Below, piece after piece: positions 38,012 through 52,720 of a stretch of DNA of 64,000 bases. Source of the DNA: Nymphaea colorata (lineage: Eukaryota). Within the stretch, counting starts at the first letter, position 1; the number at the start of each line of letters is the position of its first letter. The stretch lies in contig NC_045138.2 of assembly GCF_008831285.2 (NCBI RefSeq), positions 25,420,001 through 25,484,000 on the forward strand, given 5' to 3'. The notes below the pieces were generated by a model. It made no database searches. It was not told the origin of the DNA and worked only from the letters and a program-made list of their open reading frames with translations. Position numbers and translations under genes: made by a program.

Positions 38012-39779
38012 CTGAATATGTTATCACTAGATCAAGAGTTGGCTGATTATCATGCGTGCAGCACTGACTGACGTCATGTGGATGTGCATATACCTGTGGC
38101 AGGCACAGAAAGGGACCTACTGTCATTTAACTGACAAATGGTCGAATTCCATATCTAATTTTCTGGAAGTAGGTGACGGAACAATGATGTAACTAATGCC
38201 TTGAATTTTCACCGGATTCTGATAATTGCATTTTTTGTTTCAAGATGATAACTATGTAAACGGTGTTTGTAACTGCTGCTTACGTGTGTAGCGTTGGTTT
38301 CTTTCAAGCAACTTGAGATTATTGCTGCAACAAAATCTTGCATGTGAAGGATGAGAAAGCCACTCATCATGTTGTAACTTTCAAGTTAAGTAGCTACGAA
38401 GTTTTGTACACATGCTATGCATTTCATCAAATATGTATAATTTCATGGTGGGAATTTTCGAGCATGTGGCTTAATATCCTCTTGCAGTATTGATTTTACT
38501 CTACATTATTATCATCAAAAGATACTGTTATTCAGGAAATATTATGTCCCTTATTTGAATACACCTGATGAAGATTTCAAGTTCTACTTCTATTCGTGGT
38601 TTATGCTCTGATATTATTTCATAAACTTTATGGCTCCAAAGATCTTACGCTATTCAACTGAAGGTGCAACAGAAAACTTGAACCACGATGTCTGGATGCA
38701 CCTTGAACTTGCAAAATTCTCAGGCACAATGGTCTGAAAATGAAAGTTCGTCGAAGGCAATGTAATTGCACGAGTAATTGTATCTAAGTACCTAGTTAAT
38801 ACTTGCAGCTATTCGTTGGAACAATTTTCTTCTTTTCAAAAATCTGGTATTTACCAAATAAAGCGAGGGAGCCCTTGCAAGGTCAATTAAAGTTCATCAC
38901 AATCAACAATCCAGTCAAGCATGGGCGCAAATATTGAGCTGGCTATGTCATAGAGATGACCGTCCAGATCTCTTTTTTCGGCTTTGGACTGAAAGCGGTC
39001 TAAGATCAACCTGATCTTGTCGAGGATAAAATCAAGTCGCGAGCTTAGTAACTATTTGATTCTGAGAAGATGTAAGAGAAAAACAAGTACATGGAACAAT
39101 TGAGAAAATAATTTAATGAAAGGTATTGCAAATGACACCAGGTATCGGTTGTGGTTGCACCTTCCAGTTTTCGAGATAGAACTAATCATCGTGGCCAATA
39201 AAGCTTATGAAGTAGACTCAAAGGATTAAGAAAACCAAGATGATTTTTGGTGGCGAAGCTGCCGGTAGCTTTTTGCAATTGGGTAGGATTCCAAGGGCTC
39301 ATGTAGCTGAAGTTGCCTTGTTTGACCATGCCAGCTTACAAAGTATTATAATACGCATCCAGGGTAGTATTGGAACTTAAGTAGGGACCCTGAACAAATA
39401 TAGCTCATGACTGATGAGAATCAAACTAGTGACCGGGCTTTCAGCCGCCCACCCTAATTAGCTACTCTATATCTCTTGAAGTTGTGGTTGATCTGCTGGA
39501 AAGCTGAACTTTCAGCCACATGCTGATTAGCTATACCATGTCTTTTGAGAAAGTGGTTTATTTACTGAAAAAAATTTGTTATGAAACTGCTCTTGCAAAA
39601 TACAGTATTATATGCCCCCTTGCTATGAAAAATATATGCATATAACATATATGCTGAGCATAATGTGTACATTCAATATTGTATGTTTAATAAACATGAA
39701 GTTCACTGGAAGCATGTATAAAAAGTAAATTTGTAGTTAACGTGCCTATAAGAACCAACAAAAAATCGCTCAACAGGAC

Positions 39780-40080
39780 TGCTTGGTAGCATAGTTGCAA
39801 ATAATGTATCAGAGTTTTAAACGATAAGGTTTTTCTCGAGTATAATACGGTAAACTTAAAAAAACAAAAAAAAGAAAAAAATTTAAACGGTAAAATAAAA
39901 TAAGTGAGAAGCTAATAACACAACTGTTGAGTTGCTTGGTAGCATAGTTACAAATAATGTATCAGAGTTTTAAACGGTAAAGTTTTTCTTGAGTATATTA
40001 CGGTGAACTTAAAAAAACAAAAAAAAATTAAAAAAACTAAAAATAGTAAACAAATAAAATAAATGAGAAACTAATAACAC
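39780..40080. repeat. ~153-bp tandem duplication covering the TSD and left end of the adjacent MITE
   Basis: tgcttggtagcatagtt(g/a)caaataatgtatcagagttttaaacg... at 39780 and 39933. Confidence 0.85.
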
Positions 40081-40298
40081 AAACATTAAAAGATAAGTAA
40101 ATTTGTAACAAATAAAAAAAAAAAAACTGTTTGGTATTAAAAAACTGAAAAAGTGAAAAAATGCATTAAAATGCGTTTTTTTATTTTAACGTTTAAAAAA
40201 ACATATTTTATATAAAAAATGCATTTTTTAAAATTTTAAACGTCCAATTAACTTATCGTGTTTTTTTTTCACATTTTTTTCGAAAAAGTATGACTATG
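39943..40298. mobile_element. hAT-type MITE with 8-bp TSD
   Basis: Ends catagt.../...actatg. Flanked by cttggtag (39935-39942) and cttgatag (40299-40306), 7/8 match. Very AT-rich interior. Confidence 0.75.
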
Positions 40299-40668
40299 CT
40301 TGATAGTCTTAAAGAAAATCCCTCAACAGTCGCTTGATGATCTTGAACGAGCATTCTTACGAGCCCGGCCTGGCCTCTTTCGGTCCTTGAGGCGACTGTA
40401 GTCTGTAGGCCGTCCCTGGTAGGTTTGGTCTCTTGCTTTTCGGAGAATAAACTTGCGATTCACGAGGAAGAAATCTATGAATTCCACAAGTTAGCTTCTC
40501 TCATGTCCCCAACTACTCTCTCCGTCTTATGGTACTGAAATGAATGTCGGATGCGCTTCTCTTCAACAGATTCTCTTTTTTTGCTCCTTTTCTGCGCTCT
40601 CACAGGTGCTCACAATCGCGGGAAGCGACCGGCGTCAATAGCGGAAAGTTTTGACTCTTAGTGTAAAA

Positions 40669-43600
40669 ATGGTAGAATCGGTTGCTCGGATTTTGAGAGA
40701 TGGGGTGCTGGAGGGAGAGTACGCACCCGCGCTGATTATCAAGGACTCGTTGAGCATGCAATCGGGTCTTCATGTTTTCGATCATTTCCTTTGCAACCTT
40801 TGCTCTAACATCTCCTCTAGCAGGTCCCAAGCGCGGTAAGCTAATATCTTTCGATTGTGATGGTTTATTTTGCTATTTTCTATTGAAAGGGATTGTTGGT
40901 CGTCACATTATGATTTTAATTTGCTGTTTCTATTGAAGGGGTTTGGTGGTCGTCACGTTTGCAAGAAAGCCTGCATTTTATTTTGACTTGTTAAAGAGAC
41001 GAGGAGTCGACACTACACACTCGGAAAGATGGTAAGCGCAGGGTATCAATGGCGCCGTCTAACTGTCTAAGTTTATTCCTCTGTTGTTGTTAGTATTATT
41101 GTTGTGATAAGAAACACAAGTAGAACGGTAAGCAATTTGGTGTAGTAGCAGGGTAGTGAAACTGAAAGGTAGTCCTATTACTAAGGGACCATGCTTATGG
41201 CTGGTTTCTATGAAAAACATCCCTATCACGTGGAAATTAAATGCTAAGGAGGCAGGACATTCTATTCAGCTGATTCGGAATTGGTGTATAAAGTGACTGC
41301 TTCCTTTTATCGTTTATACAATTCGGAACTTTCTTATGTAAGTATTCATGTGGGTATCTGTTAATGAGATGGTCAAACATAGTTAATATACTGACTGATT
41401 GTTCTTGATGACTTGCTTGGCTTTTGACGGGCAAAAGAGAAGGAGAAAGCAAGATTCGTTTGATATCCTGTCTGTGAATATCATGTCTTATTCCCTAGTT
41501 GTTTCTCCAGGGCCTAAAACATCGGGCTGGGACTTGAACCAAGTAGGTTGTGTCGTGAGTGGGTTCAGCCGATATCACACTTGTCTCAACTCGGTTCAAG
41601 TAGTTACTGAGCTGATCTTGAGCCGGCTTGCTAGGACTAGTGAGCTGACCATGAATAAGTTGTGTCCATTGACTCCATTCAAACTTTTTTTGCTTAGACT
41701 CAATTACTGAGCTAATCAACTTCTATGTGTGTTTGTACGAAGCCACCATGTGTTCTTGTTGCAAACTGCCCCCTAATATATGTACTTTCCTTTGTCAAAT
41801 GAATGGGCGTCTCGTTCACTTGCATTTTTGAATTTGTATCCGTTCATATAAATTCATCAGCAAAAGATCAGTTTAGCATTTCAGTATCAAATTGTGGTTA
41901 TATGGTCTCCTGATCATGAAATTACACTCAACCTCAAGCTCAGACCTGAATCAAGTTTAAAGCTGCTTAAGATATAAGTCTGGCAGTTGTGGGAACAAGA
42001 AGATCAAGCTATGTTGATTATCAAACGATTCACGTTCGACTCATGGTGAACATGAGCTGAGTTCAGGCTACTTTAGTATTTAACAGTCTAAGGCTGAGCG
42101 TGTTTTGTCTAGTTAATTCAGCTGGTTGTCAGGCCTTCTAATACTGTGCCACCATGTATGTATCACGCTAGTCCCACCATTCTATGTATGTCAAAAATAT
42201 GTAACTAGTTTTACAGCAAGAGCTGTCACTACCAACATGTCACATCCATCATGGCAGCCAGTTGGTGAGGTTGGTAAACTCAGCTTCATTTGTGTTCTAA
42301 AATAAAATTTAAAAAAAAAAAAATCTCCATCATACAATTAGTTCTGGACATAAAGGCAGAAAATTAGTTGGAGGGAGAAAATATGTTATTGCTAATTCGT
42401 GCTATTTGGGTATTGTATCTCAAGGTATTAACAGGCCCATTGAAGTACTGTTTGAAAAAGTAGATAAGTGCAATTCCACTAGGAAGGCCAACTTGAACAA
42501 GGATTTGAAGCTAGAGATGATTGAATGTTCTTATCTAAACTAGGATAAATATTAATTTCTTAATGGAAATTAACTCTAGATTTCAATATGACTTATTATT
42601 AGTGGATAAGACAAACTTATTTTCATTTTGTTGTTTAAGTTAGTTCAGATTAATCTTACTCATCACAATTCACTTATAGGTTTGATCACTTGATGTTTCC
42701 TCTCACATCAAGGCTCATGATACCAATATCTGCTGATAATAAGCGCTTCAATTAAATGTGGCAACAGCATGATTAACTAATACCATAGCAATTAGGGGGT
42801 CTTAACTTGGATACCCATGGTTGATAAACTCCAAGCTTGAGCAGAAATGAAGAAATTGAAGTGGAAAGAGGTGAATACTTTGACATAAAGCTGTACGCCC
42901 TCCAAACCTTTGAACCTGTGACACGTGAAGTGGCGATTCAAGTTCACTTGTTGATATACACATTTTCTCTTGACTACCTGTTCTTGCTTGAGATTAGTAG
43001 ATTGATCTTATGAACTTACTTGTATTAGTGAAGTTAAGGAGCAGGAAGCTCTGTGTTTCCATTTAATCTTTCATCTCATAATGTTGTGCTTGTAGATTCA
43101 TTTATGTTGTTTGTTAACTCAGGTTACAGATTCTAGATTGCTATTCAGATCCTCTTGGCTGGAAGGACAAACTCTTGAGTCACACTCAAGAGCATGTTAA
43201 GGACCATAAAAACGTGGCTGTTTTTAAGGATGTCACCAACACAAATAAGTTGATCTTTTCTATTCTCGATCTTGGGAAAGGTATGTTTTTACTGTTCTAA
43301 CTCCTTGTTTATCACCTTGTTCATGTTCCATTATTGTCTTTGTAGTTAAGAATTTCTGAACAACATTGGCACATATGATTTCTACAGAAATCATTGGACA
43401 AGAGAAAGGTCGATTCTCAGTAGCAATTGATCTGGTAACCACTCCTTGATTATGCAGTTATGCTTTTGTAATTCATCGTGGTTGCATATGGTTTGTTTGT
43501 CTTTCAGCACTTATATAGAGATCTTATTTTCTCTTTCTGAGAAACTAATTTTGATTTGTTACAACTTCATTTATATGTTGATCTTATATATATTTAATAA

Positions 43601-45429
43601 TGAGATATAACTTATGCTTCCAGTAATGTTGTATGGTACACTGACAAGTAATGGCATGTAGCCTTTTGTAATAGATGAAGTGGGCAAGAAATATTCCCAG
43701 GTAGATGGATTTCAATGTTGGGTGGATTCAGTATGAATGCAAAAAAATTTAATGTGCAGTGGATATCATGAACCCAAAAAGAGCCTCCAATGGAATACAA
43801 TCAACTAGCAATCTCTTTTCTTCATTTCTATTTCGTGCAGTCTAATGTAGAACTTCATGAATACTTTTACTTTTACCAAACCACTCGGTGAACAGCTTAC
43901 GCCATTTTGGTCTAAATTTAATGGTTATGTTGTTTTATATTCTGCATCAGGTGGAGTGAGTGTTCTTACTTCTGTATCTGCTTTTTCAGGTTACTGAATT
44001 GATCAGGCACACATCTCTGCAATTAATATGTAGCCTTATAAACAATTTTCGCAGCCATGGTATATTATGACATTTTAAGAATGTACTTCTGATGTCCTGT
44101 ATTCTTCTCCATGATTGGGAAAGCTGATAGCAAGACATTTCTAGATTTTCTGCCAAAATTTGTCTTATGAATATCACAATTTTTTTTATCAGATTCAGCA
44201 TGTAAGCTATGTTGGTTTATATGATTCTAGCGTAAATCTTTATTAGTAAATTTGTGATCTCCTGTTCTTTGCTAATGCTTGATGCTGTTCAAATGCTTAA
44301 TGGACTTTAATTCTGAGGAGATTAGAAATACAAGTACAGATTGTCTTGGCAAACTCTCTCTGTCTCTTGCAATCTTCAATTTCTGTAATTTAAAATTATT
44401 TTCTATTCAAAGTGATCAAAACTTTTTTAATGAGTTTCAGCTTATTGTTTGATCCAGATCAACTTTCATCTCTTCTATGGTCAATACATTCAGACCTGCA
44501 TGAGCCTAGGACTGTTGCAGCGCTTGACTATCTGTGTAGTATGACTTTGTATCTGGATTCAATGGTTCACCAACCCACAGATGTTTATAGAAGCAATGAG
44601 AACTTGTCTAGATTGGAACAAAATTCCAACAGGGGCAGATTACATCTACGGCTGAAACGTAGAAATGGGAGAGTCAAAATTCTAGTAATCTCTCTCTCTC
44701 TCTCCCCCTCTCTCTCTCCTCCTTTCTGAATATGGAATGTGCCAGTAAGTAATGTATTGTGAATGACAATGCAACCAACAACTGACAGTCCGAGGAATTT
44801 TTGGTGGAAAATGGCGGAGTCAAGTTTGTACCAGTTTCTTCTGGGAATGCTATTAGCAATGAAAGCTGTTTACCAAAGGTCAGTTACTTGGGAAAGAGAT
44901 CTCGTAAGATCATGTTTTGGAATTTGAAAAGTTTGACACTGGCTACCCTTTTTTGATGATGACACCCTTTTTCTTCAGTTGTATTTCCCTGCATGGTCCT
45001 TGTGTTGATCTAGTATGGTGTTTCACTTTATCTTCAAACAGGTCCAGTTTAATCTCCAGCTTACAGAGAAGGAAAGAACCGATAGGGCAAAAGTTGTGCT
45101 TCCTTTCGAGCACCAAGGTGCAGTTAATTTCTCAGTTTCCCCATGTTTGCTGCATTTACAAAGAAAAAAGGGACGTCTTATTTTAGCTGTTCTTTGTGTC
45201 TACTCCAGGGAACGGTGAACATATAGAGATATATGATGGGCGAAGATCACTTGCAAGGTTTCAGAAAAATAACGTGCTGAGTTCTCTAACTGATGACACT
45301 GTTTCTGCTGTTAGCAAAGTAAACTTAGGAATGGATGATGATGGCAAAGGTCAGATACACTATGTACGTGATTCGGATGATGAGAAATTTGATTCTGATG
45401 AGGATCCAGATGATGATTTGGACATATAG
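40669..45429 (+). CDS. ELP5: Elongator complex protein 5
   Basis: Exons 40669-40835, 40939-41031, 43123-43280, 43388-43434, 43990-44059, 44458-44684, 44789-44878, 45042-45117, 45209-45429. Motifs [65 protein letters not shown]. Confidence 0.92.
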
Positions 45430-46626
45430 TCCTTTTTCCTTCAGTTTGAGAACAACCATCGCATGGTTTGAGGCTGAGAACCTGCAATCATGGCAGGCTT
45501 ACTACCCCCTCGTCCGGTCAATTTAATACTTTTGTGTTCCTTGTTTCTCTGACAAATGTTTTATGCTTCATATCCTAGAGATAAATGACGGTCTCTACCC
45601 AACAACAGGAACAAGGTGTTTTTTTTTTGTTGCTTTGGAGATGTAGTTGTAGTGGATTCTTTAATGGCCTTTTGTCATTGTTGTCCTGGCGATATGGTCC
45701 ACTTTTGGATGAGTTAACAGCCGAGTGCCTTGATAGGCAGCCTTTTTTGTCTGCACTTGTTAATGGCAAAGCAACAATGCCTTTTCTCTTCTGTGCCTTC
45801 ATCCCTTGTACTCTAAAATACTTTCTGGGTGTTTGGCAATGTAAATTCAGACTTCAGCTGGTTTTCTTTCTTTAAAGCTACTGAGACAAATTTTCCTCAG
45901 AAATCTGTGATGTTACAAGAAATCTACTCAATTTAATAGCGTTGTGCACCGGCGCGGCTGCGCAGGCATATTTCTTCATTCAGCTGGCGCTCAAGAAGTT
46001 TGGTATTAGATCACTAATTTACGCAAAAACTCGAGGTTTTTGTATGATCTCAACGTCCTCCAACCAAAATTAATTGTCAGTCCGGCTGTGGACGAATACA
46101 CCACCAAAGAAAGTGAGAAATTGCTCTGGTTATCCCTGCTAGCAGAAACAAATAATAAGCTCGATAAGGTAATGATACGATGCATCTGGGAATAAAATAA
46201 ATACTTTCTCAAACAGATTCAATAGATGTAGAGTTCAGTTGGTTCTCGTGTTTTTAGGATATTTTTTTTTCCTGGAAAAACGAATGATCTTCTAGGAACA
46301 TAAGAATATACTCAGTGCAACAGTTGAGCTCCAACTGCGGCCAACTAGACCGTCCAAATATATTTACATTCAGCCCCACTTAAATAGTTTGGTATAGTCT
46401 TGCACCTCAATCCCAACATCATTGATCAGGTTTTCTTTGAATTAAACATGCAAAATGTCAAATTCTTTTAAATGATCCGAACGTTCTCCCCAAACAAAAT
46501 TCAATTACCGCCCTAGCGTGATAGAGGGTCGACTAAAATAGTACCAATAAAGCGAACGACAAAGAATCCAAAATTTGCAGCATGATCCCTTGGAGGTAAT
46601 ACTGTCATTTTCAAATGCTTTTCTTT

Positions 46627-49012
46627 TCACTCCTGTTCATCCCCAAAACTAACAACTTCTTCAGTGACGTCTAGGATTTCCTCAACCTCCACTTCCTTTG
46701 CCTCATATTCCTCCTCTTCATCACTTGCCTCCCCATCCCTGAGTTCTTGCCTGTACACCTTTTCTTCTTCATGTCGTTCTTTCCATTCTTTTACCCATCC
46801 ATCCCACTCCTCTTGCAACAGCCTTCTCTTCTCTCTATCCTGCTCGCTCAACAACAACGAGACATCTTGGTCCTCTGCTTCATACTTCTTGCTGTACTTC
46901 TTCAAGTTCCTTGCAATCTCCTCCTCTTTCTCTGGAGGCAAAAGGGAAGGTGGCCTTGGCCGCCACAGGAACTACAATTCCAGACAAAACACAAAACATA
47001 CTTAGTAGCAGAAGAAAGCATCCATTGTCTGTCTAAAGTTCTGAAGTGTTGTAAACGCGCAAGGCAACCAATAGCGATTGGATCCGAAGTTAAATAGCTA
47101 AAATAATGTGAAAAAATACAAATCTAATTTTTAGTATTAAAAATGACAAAATAGAAAAAGAGTTTACAACATATTAAGAAAAAGTTAGAAAATTAATTGT
47201 CTCCTGGAAAAAGCATGTATTGCACAAACATTAAAAAAACAACCGTGTTCTCCTTCTACCCATAACATGCATGCTTCCATTTGTCAACATCGACCACTTA
47301 AATTACTCTCAACGCTTAAATAGATAATAAGTACTTATTTTTTCGATCTTCCTCCTCAGTGCTTTGAAACAACTTAAATACTTAAAGGTCATAAAACCCG
47401 ATTTTTTTTTTAATTTGAAAGACAGGGATAGGCTCTTATTGAAACGGACCATGAAACGCCTAATTTTGTTAAATGAAATCAGCCCTAAATTTTACTTTTT
47501 ACTTTAAACGTGTAAGAAGTACTTCCAGTACAAGCTTAATATTCTGCCTTGACAAATTCATGAAGTTAAAAACAAAAATTTTAAAAACAGAATTAGTTTT
47601 TTCCACTAATGTTTTCAAAGTGCAACATAAGTTACAGGCGATATCGTACTGTAGCATAAAATATGGGAGGCGTACTGCAACTACACCCGATGGATGCATT
47701 TACATCCTTAAAACGACTTTCAAGGGTTCTATTATTTTTTTTTTCGTTGGGTACTTTACATAGATGGTAGTTCCACCCACATGTATAGATTGGCTAGCTT
47801 CTTACCTGGTAAAAGTGGTCTCGTGGTATTCTGTACAACAACTTGCCATGGAAAGACCAAATGTGGAACCCGTTTTCCATTTCATGAACTGAAGTAACAG
47901 ATGTGGCGACATATCTGCATGTACAACCAAAAGATGTACACCATAAATAGATATGCTGAGAATGAAACAACGACAAAAATCTCCAAGATTCAGATAGGGA
48001 AAGAAAACGAGGACTACCAAGTACCTAAATGTTGGGATTGATACAAAGATGACACTTCATAGTAAAAAGTAAATAAGCAATAACATATACTAATTCATTG
48101 ATGAACACATACTAATTCATTGATGAACACTCACCGTCCTGTAGGGTCCCATTCAATATCAGTTGCCATGAAATGCTCCCCTGTTGCCATAGTCTCAAGT
48201 TCATCCACATTATAAAACTCGAGCTGCCCATTGAAACCCTTCATGCCAGCAAGTATGATGAAGCGGCCAGAAGGAGACCAATATAGAGCATTGGCTTGCT
48301 TTCCTTTCAGTGTTGTAAGCTTTGAGACCCTGCCAGTGTGATGGGCAGTTCGCATGGAGTAAAAACTGACATCAGGCCGAGGGTTGTCACCATGGATAAC
48401 TGCAAATCTATGACCTTTTGGCTCCCAGGCAAATGCAATAACTTTATCGTTCTTGTTCTCAAGCTCCAATACTTCAATTGGAATATCTCGTTCTTTTATA
48501 CGGAAGAGCTCAAAGCCAGTATAGGTGCTTTTCTTAGTTTTTGTGTATCTGTCTACCTTGACAGCAAGATAATCACCACTGCTTTGCCAATACATCTTGC
48601 AGTCGCTGACACTGAAAAGATTTTTCTGTCTAAGCTCCTCTCTACCAGGAATCTGAATAAGGCTAACCTGAAAATTTTCACAAAATTATACTTAAAGCCA
48701 AACGCAGGAACTGAAGTTACTGAACACAGAAAAACCTAAAAATGGTGCATTACGAAGACAAAATATTTGACAGAGCTGAACTTTGTCACTTACTCTAGCA
48801 GGCTGATTTCCACCACCTCCTTCAGGAACATATAATGCCAATATGGGATCAGCCGGAGACCAACTGAAGTCCATAACATTCTCAATTTTAATAGACTTCT
48901 TGTCCAGGAGGCCAAAAGTCTCTGTTTCATAGACACTGATAGCATTTTTACCAATTCTAGCAAAGTACTTATCTTCCTTCCCACCGCTCCATCTGGAAAA
49001 AAATGATATGTC

Positions 49013-49062
<50 letters not shown>

Positions 49063-52018
49063 GCCTGTATGTGTGTGTGTGTGTGTGATAGCACTAGGTA
49101 CATTACCTAAATACAGGCCATGACACGCCTGCTACACCTCCTGTTCCACCAGTGGCAAATTCATCAGCTCGTCCCCTGAAATCCCTCATTATTTTGCCCG
49201 TCCTCACATCAAAAATGTTTAGCACAACTGTCTGAAACCATGTTTCCTATTAGACCACCTGCAGGCTTAACTAAAGCAGAACACACATTTTCTCAGTTGG
49301 ACAAGCTATTTACCTGCGTGTCCCGAGGGTTGCTTGGTTCATGACTACTGTATGTGACCAAGTATTTCTCTCCAGGAGAAAAATCAATAAGTTTGACCTG
49401 TTGAACAAGTATTGCCTCTTAAGAAATGGTTTCAAGCAGCATAAAGTCATACAAAATCATGTCCATAAATAGTTCTAAGCTGGATCTTGGCCAGGATGAG
49501 GAAACCTGGGGATGTGCATATCTCATTAAGCGGTTAAATGTGGTCGCACCTCCCCAAACAGCTGCACCTTGCCTGTGCACTGTGGCAAGATATGTTCCCA
49601 AAGGTGACCACTGCACAAAACTCTCTGTCCAATGCTGCAAAACAAAGAAAAATCTGTCAGTAGGACATAATCATCAGATGCTAGCAGAATCAGATAATGT
49701 GGCAGAAAGAATAGTTTCACAAGTTCACATAGTCAATACTAGCGAACAGGGTACGAACACCACCTTCCAAAAAAAAGAAAAAAATGTTAAAGAGATAGCT
49801 AAAGTGTTGTATTAAGAGTTTCACCTACCTTACGACTATAGACAAGTTCTGGCTTCGACTGCCGAGGATCGTTCCATAAAACCTCAGTATCCGCCCCATA
49901 GCGTACAACAAACTGGTCACGAGCTTTTTCATCTGTCAGCCACTTATGCAGATTTTCCTGTCCATACCCAAGAAAAAACAAAACCCTTACCCTGCTGTGA
50001 TGAGAGATACAATAAGATGTCCTTTTGAAAAAGGCAGTAGAAGCATAAAAACAATTAGAAACATTTAATTCCAGTAAAAAGAGGTTTTCTACACTAGGAA
50101 ATGTTTCTAATAATCACACTAACTATTGACTTAATCACACTGACTATTGACTTTCTCTTGGAGAAATACAAACAAACAAAACATAAACTGTTATGCATTA
50201 TTTGCTGAGAATCAAAGATAATCAATAGCTGTTGTTGGTGAGCACAACGATAAATCTCAAACTGAAGAACAATCTTGAACTCCCAAGAGGCTTTTATGGG
50301 AAGCAAAGCACGAAGTGACATGACTCATTTTCTTTATCATCTAAATGAAAGCTTACCCCTGGTGTAAAAGGCTTGATCTCAGCAGGAGTCCACTCATCTG
50401 GAACTTTCATAAACCTATCAAAATCATCAAACATGTTGACCGCAAATATGTGTGACCTATCCAACTTGTAACCATTTGTCTTCTCCTTTGCCGACTCTGC
50501 TTCCTAATTGTAAAACCAAGAAAAAGAAAAATAAAAATAAAATTAAGGATGTCTGCAATTGCTGTACCATAATACCTACCAGGCAGGCAGGCAGTTAGAA
50601 CATAGTTGGAACTCTAAAGAGATGCATTTGACAGTCTAGTGAAGTCGCATGCAAAAGATAAATATTCTAAAAGCGTGCAATGAGGATTAAGCAAAATGTC
50701 TCCAGATATGTGATGACACTATGAATAATTACCCTCAGATTTTTTATCGACTTTTTCACATTCATTTGGAAGGAAACATCAATAATCATGATTTCCTTGA
50801 AACAATTGTAACTCAATGAGGTAGAGAAAAAATTTCTTGTTATTCAATACTAGTTCAATGTTAGAGATAGGACACGTTTGAAAGAAAGCAAGCATATGCT
50901 GAAAATCTACGTTTCTTATCTACAAAAGCCGCACAATGAGTAGGAAGCCTTTTCCATGACCTACGACCAGCATTTATTGTTTGTATACACTAAACGCTGG
51001 CAGGCTAGCAGATTTCAATTTCCAGATGAAAATGGATAATTAGGAGGAAGGACCTACTGAAGAATTATCGTCCTATACACTTGGATGGGAAGTACTTATC
51101 AAAATTATAGTGAAATCCTGGAAGCAATTCTACGATCATCTATTTATGCAATGGAAGTAACTCACACTTACGAAAGTTACTGCTTCAGCAGCAGTATAGA
51201 TAGTCTACGAACCAACCATTTAACCACAGAGTCTTACTAAATCCTATCTATATCAAGTGGGGCCTCCTGAACTTGTTATCGTTCCAATAACTTGGATTCC
51301 TAAAGGTGAAAACATAATCATTGTGGATCGAAAATGCCTCATTTATCTCCTAAAATCAATTCATTGGTTGCATTGGTGCTACCAGTCCGAGAACGAAAAA
51401 AAAAGAAGAAGAAGAAGAATTACCAACAGGTAGCTAGACAAACCACAGACGGTCAAAATAGAATGAATGCGGACTAATTACCCGAGAGAGCACTTCGTTA
51501 AAAAGCCAAAGGAAGAAATTCCTAACCTGCTTGGTATTGAACTCGATGTAGCAATAACCTTGCGTCTTCTGAGTCTCGGGATTCATAGGCATCCAGAGCC
51601 CCTTCTCCTTAATCATGCCGATCTGCCCAAATATCTTCCTAACGACGCCCTCCAGCTTCTCAAACTTGTCGGGCCCGACGACGGGGAGGTTATCGACCAC
51701 GATGACGTTCTCAAAACCGGAATCGTACTCGAGAGTCTCGCTCTCGATCACATCTTCGTCGTCACTAAGAGCCGACCAAGCCGAATCAGAGAAGGAACAG
51801 AACGGAAGAATCAAAACCCACGGTTTCAGAGAAATCGGGAGTGGAAAATTTTACCTCAAGATGCCGAAATTCTCCCCGGGAGGAAGCTGGATGGAGTCGA
51901 GGTCGACCCTCGAGACGTCGATCTGTGAGGGGTCGACGACCAGGTGAGAAGCCGGCGTTGGAGGCTCCGCCATCGCATCTAGCAGGTGGTGGCCGTTAGC
52001 GACCACGTCCATCACCAT
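46627..52018 (-). CDS. EIF3B: Eukaryotic translation initiation factor 3 subunit B, 11 exons, ~733 aa
   Basis: Exons 52018-51855, 51764-51527, 50503-50357, 49957-49829, 49634-49506, 49397-49314, 49231-49107, 48992-48794, 48667-48135, 47914-47806, 46971-46627. RRM (VIVVDNLPVV..KFEKL, GYCYIEF), WTESFVQWSPLGTYL, WQSSGDYLAV, WRPRPPSLL, acidic tail. Confidence 0.95.
49017..49087. repeat. Intronic (CT)n and (GT)n microsatellites in eIF3b
   Basis: Direct reading. Confidence 0.85.
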
Positions 52019-52078
52019 ATCAGGCCCTCTGTGCCTCTCCTTCTCTTCCTCTGGTTTCCGCTGAGCGGCAGGAGGAGC

Positions 52079-52086
52079 TAGGGTTT
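52079..52086 (-). promoter_or_regulatory. Telo-box (AAACCCTA) upstream of eIF3b
   Basis: tagggttt ~60 nt 5' of the ATG. Telo-boxes are established elements of plant translation-machinery genes. Confidence 0.6.
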
Positions 52087-52720
52087 GGGGAGGGAAGAGA
52101 AACGTCAGCCAATTTCTGCTGCCCCCTCCATTCTTTCCGATATTTTAAAAATATCGTTTTTCTGCATACGTTTCCAGAGACAATATATATACAAAAAAAG
52201 CCGATATTTATAAACCTTCATCTCTTATTTATCGTATTTTCTGTGTTATAATATTTCCGCTTATTACTTTTATATGCATTTCTTTTGCATTATTTTGATG
52301 ATTTGCGTTCAGCATTATAAATACTAATTCTATACAAAGCACATGTAAATTCATATTATTTTTATGGAAAATATTTTATGTTTTTTACCAATAGAAAGTC
52401 GATCCTATAAAAGCTGTTCATTTTTTTTATTGACACGAAAGTTTTACTAAATTAAAAAATGGATAATGTAGTATATGTTTCTCGTCAAAACATTTTTAAG
52501 ATCTTATTTATACATTTAATACAAACAGAAAGTGTTTTAACGATCAATTTTGACAAGGACAGCTCGAGCTCTGCTAGTTTAACTCGTTCATGCAGGAACA
52601 AGAGTTCTTCCCTCTCGATGAACAGGTAAAGACATTGAAGAAAATGCAGATGTTCAAGCCAGGATGGAAGGATATGTTGAGAATGAACCAAAATGAACTT
52701 AGAGGCATTTGCTTCCTCCA

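Noticed and set aside
38565..38611. TGATGA...CTGA resembling a C/D snoRNA
   Set aside because: Only ~47 nt, with no terminal stem or recognisable rRNA guide.
44685..44788. ELP5 intron lacking a polypyrimidine tract, considered as U12-type
   Set aside because: The donor GTAATC is not the U12 consensus GTATCCT, and there is no TCCTTAAC branch site.
48088..48130. 22-bp tandem duplication beside an eIF3b donor site
   Set aside because: Wholly intronic and excludes the GT, so an ordinary slippage duplication.
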